Positions 5,870 through 9,943 of a DNA stretch of 9,943 bases are shown here, in pieces; the stretch's first letter is position 1, and each line of letters begins with the position of its first letter. Position numbers and translations under genes: made by a program. This DNA is from Candidatus Woesearchaeota archaeon (GTDB taxonomy: Archaea; Nanobdellota; Nanobdellia; Woesearchaeales; JAZDKJ01). The stretch covers positions 1 to 9,943 of the forward strand of contig JBDRIZ010000225.1 in the NCBI GenBank assembly GCA_043815525.1, given 5' to 3'. The notes under the pieces were generated by a model, which worked only from the letters and a program-made list of their open reading frames with translations, searched no databases and was not told where the DNA came from.

Positions 5870-6850
5870 TCACTTATTCTCCTCAAAGATATGCCCTGGA
5901 AGAAAACCCTTCCTGTAGTACTGGAAGAACTCCATGATGTTGAAGGTCTCGATAATGTCAGCAAACTGCTCCCTTAGATGCACTGTTATCATCCGGATTT
6001 TTGACTTGTCAAAGCTTTCGATATCTATCTCCAAATCCCAGTCTCCAACAGTCTTGTTCACCTGCACAATCTCTGGCGTATCCCTGAGAAAATCCATCAG
6101 GGCGCTCTCCCTTTCAATGCCATGATTGTGCAGCTTTAAAAAAAGCCTGAACTTGAAGATGCCAAGCCTTGAGCAGTTGACAACAAACTTGAAAGCCCTG
6201 ATGACTCGCCTTTCTTTGAGGTTCTTTATTATGGAAGACACTGTTGGTATGCTTATCCGTGACTGCCGGCTAAGAGAATTGATGCGAATCCTTGCATTTT
6301 CGTTAAGAAGCCGCATCACGGCAAATTCTGGCATACTGAAAGACTCGACAGCGCGGTCTCCTCCAACAATGATCTCAGGAGAAAACTCAGGTATATCCCT
6401 TCCTATCAGGTACAGCCTTGGATAGATATGGGTCACAATGTTGAGCACAATCTTGAAATTATTAAGGGTCGGGACAAGGCTCACAAGAAACCTCAAGTCC
6501 TTATTGAACCTTGAAGGGTTGAAAGACTCCATCTCAATGCAAAGGTCAAACTCTCCTGTGAGCTCATAAATCGAGACAACAGAGGAGCTCGACGAGAGCT
6601 TGTCTATGATGCTCGACTTTTCCTTCTCACTCACATAACCTCCCTTGAAATATACGCGGAAAAGAAGCAGGCCAAAATAAGAGTAGTCAAAAACGCAGTG
6701 AGGATTAGAAACAATGCCTGCCTTCTCCAAGCTAAAAACAGAATACTTCAGGCGCTGACTTGTCTTTTTCAATGATGAGGCGAGGTCAGAAATCTTCACA
6801 CGAGCGTTCTCCGAGTAAAGAAAAATCAATTCTGTGTCTGTACGCTTCAC
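5870..6850 (-). CDS. Fused tandem Lrp/AsnC-family regulator (two HTH plus RAM modules in one 326-aa polypeptide)
   Basis: Module 1 has TELIFLYSENARVKISDLASSL...YELTGEFDLCIEME. Module 2 has FAVMRLLNENARIRINSLSRQS...NKTVGDWDLEIDIE. The only plausible start is GTG at 6850; there is no in-frame ATG before residue 107. Confidence 0.85.
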   Translation of the reverse strand: MKRTDTELIFLYSENARVKISDLASSLKKTSQRLKYSVFSLEKAGIVSNPHCVFDYSYFGLLLFRVYFKGGYVSEKEKSSIIDKLSSSSSVVSIYELTGEFDLCIEMESFNPSRFNKDLRFLVSLVPTLNNFKIVLNIVTHIYPRLYLIGRDIPEFSPEIIVGGDRAVESFSMPEFAVMRLLNENARIRINSLSRQSRISIPTVSSIIKNLKERRVIRAFKFVVNCSRLGIFKFRLFLKLHNHGIERESALMDFLRDTPEIVQVNKTVGDWDLEIDIESFDKSKIRMITVHLREQFADIIETFNIMEFFQYYRKGFLPGHIFEENK

Positions 6851-6870
6851 AAACTCAATAATTTTTTATT

Positions 6871-6880
6871 AATATAAAAA
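6871..6880 (-). promoter_or_regulatory. Candidate TATA box (TTTTTATATT on minus strand) for the double-Lrp gene
   Basis: It lies about 25 nt upstream of GTG 6850, in the very AT-rich divergent intergenic region 6851-6957. Confidence 0.4.
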
Positions 6881-6957
6881 TATATGTTATTTTCTTTCAA
6901 TAAATAAAAAAAATATAACCAAAACAAAGAAATAGCTGTTTTTGTATACTGATTAGA

Positions 6958-7338
6958 ATGGCTGTCGCAGAACAGGTATATAATTGGTCGGTAAAACTCC
7001 TTAATCATATTGCCAGTGATGGTATAAAAGCCAAACAAGTCGTAATTGCATACAGCCCAAAAGACCTGAACGGAACCTCGCTTCCTGTTTCAAACGAGAA
7101 AGAATTCATTGACTACATGCAACGATTTGCTGGGACCAAGGGACTATATCACCTCTATGGACGTAACGGAAGGATACAGCCAATGCCTGCAACAGAAATA
7201 GACGGTGCAATAAGCCTTGAGGAGATAGTGCAACATAAAGATGTTCTTCTGCTGACCAGATTGCCTGGTCCAGGAAATGAGCGCGCGAGAATGATGAAAC
7301 TGGAATATGGCGTTCCCGGGCAAAGTGTGAGCGTTTAA
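6958..7338 (+). CDS. Hypothetical protein, 126 aa, no recognised family
   Basis: ATG-initiated ORF that fills the gap between the Lrp gene and nac. An AT-rich upstream region contains AAAATATAAC (6910-6919). Amino-acid composition is ordinary. The opposite-strand ORFs are shorter and overlap it. Confidence 0.55.
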   Translation: MAVAEQVYNWSVKLLNHIASDGIKAKQVVIAYSPKDLNGTSLPVSNEKEFIDYMQRFAGTKGLYHLYGRNGRIQPMPATEIDGAISLEEIVQHKDVLLLTRLPGPGNERARMMKLEYGVPGQSVSV

Positions 7339-7376
7339 GGCGATTATTAACAAAAATTAACAGAATTGGCACAAGA

Positions 7377-7712
7377 CTATGACCTTAACTGAAGAATCGC
7401 CTGCGCAAGATCCCCTTTTGACTCCTTGATTGATTTTAGAGCAGCATCCCTCTCAACACCTGCCTGCTCCATCACTGTCTTGATGTCTTCTTCGCCAATT
7501 TCTGGCTCTGTAGAAAGGGACCTTTCCATTTCCTTGCCAGAAATCTGGTAAGAAGTAGATCCCATCATGTTGACCTTTGCGACCTGGGGGTCAGAAATGA
7601 CTATCTCCTTATCATCAGTTCTAATAACCACTTCCCTTGCAGGGATGTCCACCTGAGAAACGCCCATGCGCTTCATAGCCTGCTGCATCTGACGCTGATT
7701 GAACTGCATCAT
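7377..7712 (-). CDS. nac: Nascent polypeptide-associated complex protein (archaeal NAC alpha; NAC domain plus UBA domain)
   Basis: QMQQAMKRMGV...REVVIRTDDKEIVISDPQVAKVNMMG..YQISG is followed by a C-terminal UBA-like EEDIKTVMEQAGVERDAALKSIKESKGDLAQAILQL. This is a close pattern match to archaeal NAC. Confidence 0.95.
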   Translation of the reverse strand: MMQFNQRQMQQAMKRMGVSQVDIPAREVVIRTDDKEIVISDPQVAKVNMMGSTSYQISGKEMERSLSTEPEIGEEDIKTVMEQAGVERDAALKSIKESKGDLAQAILQLRS

Positions 7713-7879
7713 TGTAAAAGAAACCCAAAATAAGCGTGCAAGAAAACAGAGATGAATATGACAACAACCACCAGGATTATGATATGGCCTGGCTTGAACT
7801 CAATCTTTGACTTGTAGTCATCAAAGTACCTTGTAATACCAGCAGTGCTTGTCGGCATCGAAATCTTGTCTTGAGCCAT
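7709..7879 (-). CDS. secG: Preprotein translocase subunit Sec61-beta (archaeal SecG)
   Basis: The product MAQDKISMPTSTAGITRYFDDYKSKIEFKPGHIIILVVVVIFISVFLHAYFGFLLQ carries the S-AG-I-RYFD motif plus a single C-terminal TM. The longer track ORF (to 7996) runs into the RNase P RNA. The stop TGA overlaps the nac ATG as ATGA at 7709-7712. Confidence 0.9.
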   Translation of the reverse strand: MAQDKISMPTSTAGITRYFDDYKSKIEFKPGHIIILVVVVIFISVFLHAYFGFLLQ

Positions 7880-7903
7880 TTTATTCTTGTGAAACAACCC
7901 TAT

Positions 7904-7913
7904 CTTATAAAAA
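7904..7913 (-). promoter_or_regulatory. Candidate TATA box (TTTTTATAAG on minus strand) for secG-nac
   Basis: It lies about 30 nt upstream of the ATG at 7879 and begins 4 nt after the last P1 base of the RNase P RNA. Confidence 0.5.
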
Positions 7914-7917
7914 TTTC

Positions 7918-8291
7918 GGTAGGAACAAAATAAGCCGCCTTCTGTAAAGGCCCAAAGCATGCTATAAGCATGCCGATGGCCTTCCTTAGCATTCAACTAA
8001 GCGTCGTAAGACTTGCACCAGCCAGGGCTTGCCGTTTCACCGAATCCATTGACGACGTCGGCAGGTTACGTCAAGGTTTCCTTGACGTGCCAGAAATATA
8101 ATTTCTGAGCATCTTGAATCCTGTCACCAGGACCTTCGCATGCCTCATTCCATTTGCCAATGGCCGTTTCGTTTCTGCGCAGTTGCCGCCTGTTTCCAAG
8201 CCTCCTATAGAGTGGCCATAATGCAGCAAAAGCTGCAATGGTGGGCGGACTTTCCTCACCTTATAGGCGAGAGCTAAGTTCTGTTCCTACC
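7918..8291 (-). ncRNA. rnpB: RNase P RNA, archaeal type (about 374 nt)
   Basis: All read on the minus strand. P1 pairs 5' GGUAGGAACAG (8291-8281) with 3' UUGUUCCUACC (7928-7918). A small P3 hairpin is UCGCC-UAUAA-GGUGA. CR-I is GAGGAAAGUCCGCCC (8257-8243). CR-V is ACAGAAGGCGGCUUAU (7945-7930), and its GGCGG pairs with CCGCC to form P4. P2 pairs CUUAGC with GCUAAG. A terminal hairpin is AAGGCC...GCAUGC-UUAUA-GCAUGC...GGCCUU. A TATA box lies 27 nt upstream. Confidence 0.92.
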
Positions 8292-8313
8292 TAAAGAATA
8301 AGAAGAAAGATTG

Positions 8314-8323
8314 CCTTATAAAG
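8314..8323 (-). promoter_or_regulatory. Candidate TATA box (CTTTATAAGG on minus strand) for RNase P RNA
   Basis: Its centre is about 27 nt upstream of the predicted 5' G of P1 at 8291. Confidence 0.55.
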
Positions 8324-8380
8324 TTATGCTATAACAGGCTTGATTGCAGCATGCATTCTCATGATCTGCAGACTAGCTTG

Positions 8381-9943
8381 TTATGCCTTCTTTTTCCTTC
8401 TCGTCTTCTGCGCCAAGGACAAGAGGAACTTGTTCATGTCAAATTGAGGCGTAGGCTCTTTTTGCCTGTACAGCTCCTCAAAGGTAGCAATGTCCTTTAG
8501 CTTCTTGTTTAATACTTTGCTGACATCAGAATGATAATCCTCGATAAGAACAGAGATCTGCTGCTGGTTAACATACGAAGGGTAAATGACATAATCAGCG
8601 CCAAGATCATAAAGCTTCACAGAATCCTTGACACTTTTGGCAGTCACAAAGACTACTCCTTTAGGGTTTTCCTTCTTAAGTTTCCCAATGATCATGATAT
8701 TGTCATCAAGGTCATGACAGCTTGACACAACAATCTCTACGCTGCTAAAGTCCATCTGGTCAAAAAAGTAAGGCGTCGCTGCTGAACCATACAAGAAAGT
8801 GATACCCTGGCGCTTTAAAGAGTCAATACTTGAAGGATCGTTCTCCACAACAAGGATTTTCTTGCCAAACCCCTGCAGCCTAGAGACAACATCCCTGCCA
8901 ATGTCATGGAACCCGAAAATCACAACATTGTAATCAGCATCCAGTTTTGCAGTACCAAGCTCTTTCTTTGGGAAAAAACTATCAATCTTGGTTAGAGCAC
9001 CCTCAAAAAAACCAAACATTTTCTTGTCATATCTAATATAATACGATGAAGCGACCATCGTGACTATTACTGACACTATAGCTATCGCGCCAATATAGCC
9101 AGGCAGAGAACCTGCAAACGCGCTTCCAGCAATGATGATGATACCAAACTCACTTAGTTGTGCCAAGTACACGCTTACAATAAAAGAGGTTTTCATGTCA
9201 TAGCCACGAATCTTCATTGTTATGTAGGAAACAAGCGGCTTCAAGGTCAGTGCTGCAAGGCACAATAATACTGTGAATAAAACCAGGTGAGGTGTTGCGT
9301 CGATGCTCAACTGAAAACCAAGGCCCACAAAAAAGAGCATGTTAAAGAATATGACTAGTGGTTTTAGCCTTGAATAGATATCGTTCTTGTAGTTTGTGTT
9401 TGCCAAGGTTACACCAGCAATAAAGGCACCGATAGTTGTTGAGTAGCCGAGCAGTGGAGAGATTTGCACAAAAAAGAAGCAAACCCCAAGCCCGAAAATG
9501 AACATCAGCTCAGGATACCTTGCAGTAAATTTCAACAGGGGATTCAAGAGGTACTTAGCAAAGACAAAAGCGATGGCGAGAAGAGCAACACCTCCAGCAG
9601 GCACGAGAAGAACCTTGAAGAGTGTTGGCTCGCTGAAAATACTGAGCAAGGTAAGGGCAATAACAGCGAACAAGTCCTGCATTACCAGGATTCCAAGCAC
9701 CAATTTGCCATGCAGGGTCTTTGTCTCGTTCTTGTCCTCAACCCACTTAGCCACAAGAAGAGTGCTGCCAAAAATAAAGAGAATAGCAAGATGAACTGCA
9801 GATATTGCAGAGAAACCAAAAAGGACTGCTGCATAGTACGCAATCCCAAAAAAAACAACTGTCTGGATTGTTGTTATGATGAAGAGGTCCTTTCCAAGGT
9901 ACTTGAGGTTTCGCAGGTCAAACTCCATGCCCACAAGAAACAA
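8381..9943 (-). CDS. CPA2-family cation:proton antiporter (Kef-type) with C-terminal RCK/TrkA-N domain; 5' end lies outside the window
   Basis: The ORF runs off the window edge. It begins LFLVGMEFDL, typical of the Na+/H+ exchanger family, and has about 10 hydrophobic helices. A Rossmann-like VVIFGFHDIGRDVVSRL...ILVVENDP follows. The stop TAA is at 8381-8383. Confidence 0.9.
   Translation of the reverse strand: MFLVGMEFDLRNLKYLGKDLFIITTIQTVVFFGIAYYAAVLFGFSAISAVHLAILFIFGSTLLVAKWVEDKNETKTLHGKLVLGILVMQDLFAVIALTLLSIFSEPTLFKVLLVPAGGVALLAIAFVFAKYLLNPLLKFTARYPELMFIFGLGVCFFFVQISPLLGYSTTIGAFIAGVTLANTNYKNDIYSRLKPLVIFFNMLFFVGLGFQLSIDATPHLVLFTVLLCLAALTLKPLVSYITMKIRGYDMKTSFIVSVYLAQLSEFGIIIIAGSAFAGSLPGYIGAIAIVSVIVTMVASSYYIRYDKKMFGFFEGALTKIDSFFPKKELGTAKLDADYNVVIFGFHDIGRDVVSRLQGFGKKILVVENDPSSIDSLKRQGITFLYGSAATPYFFDQMDFSSVEIVVSSCHDLDDNIMIIGKLKKENPKGVVFVTAKSVKDSVKLYDLGADYVIYPSYVNQQQISVLIEDYHSDVSKVLNKKLKDIATFEELYRQKEPTPQFDMNKFLLSLAQKTRRKKKA

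Noticed and set aside
5870-6850. Alternative reading of the double Lrp-like protein as a fused siroheme decarboxylase (AhbA/B, NirDL-type)
   Set aside because: Size and architecture are compatible. However, the strand motifs (GEFDL, GDWDL) look like regulator-type RAM domains, and I see no heme-pathway neighbours. An HMM comparison is needed to exclude it fully.
6861-6880. Near-palindrome TTTTTA-TTAATA-TAAAAA in the Lrp/orphan-ORF intergenic region as an Lrp operator
   Set aside because: The sequence is pure A/T in an extremely AT-rich spacer. Such symmetry is expected by chance, and it overlaps the TATA candidate.
6847-7038. 63-aa minus-strand ORF spanning the AT-rich divergent intergenic region
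   Set aside because: It is composed largely of AT-rich promoter sequence (Phe/Tyr/Ile/Lys/Asn codons) and overlaps both flanking gene starts.
7880-7996. N-terminal 39-aa extension of the secG ORF (track ORF 7709-7996)
   Set aside because: The extension overlaps the 3' part of the RNase P RNA and the secG TATA box. The conserved Sec61-beta sequence begins at the internal ATG 7879.
8071-8259. 62-aa minus-strand ORF from the track
   Set aside because: It lies entirely inside the RNase P RNA, whose conserved CR-I/CR-V and helices explain the sequence. The product is Gly/Arg-rich and looks like the translation of a structured RNA.
1-9943. Scan for CRISPR repeats, IS or transposase genes, tRNA/rRNA genes and C/D-box sRNAs
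   Set aside because: I saw no regularly spaced direct repeats, transposase-like ORFs, terminal inverted repeats or tRNA T-arm signatures. The RUGAUGA-like strings present all lie inside coding regions and lack a partner CUGA box arrangement.

Overview
The window looks like an archaeal chromosomal segment. Three hallmarks support this: a NAC-alpha gene, a Sec61-beta/SecG gene translationally coupled to it, and an unlisted archaeal-type RNase P RNA (minus strand, about 7918-8291) lying under two spurious ORFs of the track. A/T-rich TATA-like boxes sit about 26-30 nt upstream of many start codons, which suggests largely leaderless mRNAs. Several ORF-track starts are TTG extensions, and I trimmed them to the first ATG that fits a TATA box or SD. 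Gene order is as follows: PP-loop ATPase of unknown function (+). A six-gene minus-strand array from 5016 down to 1506: beta-barrel OMP-like protein, SAM methyltransferase, HAD hydrolase, two divergent paralogous helical proteins, polytopic membrane protein. A divergent TrmB-family regulator (+). A fused double Lrp/AsnC regulator (-). An orphan 126-aa ORF (+). nac and secG (-). RNase P RNA (-). A 5'-truncated CPA2 cation:proton antiporter with a C-terminal RCK domain (-). I saw no CRISPR array, transposase, tRNA or rRNA. The two strongest candidates for something undescribed are (i) a secreted, bacterial-type beta-barrel protein ending in Phe inside an otherwise archaeal locus, and (ii) the leaderless, translationally coupled triad of two paralogous unknown proteins plus a membrane protein. 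All functional calls rest on motif recognition by eye; no database search was possible.
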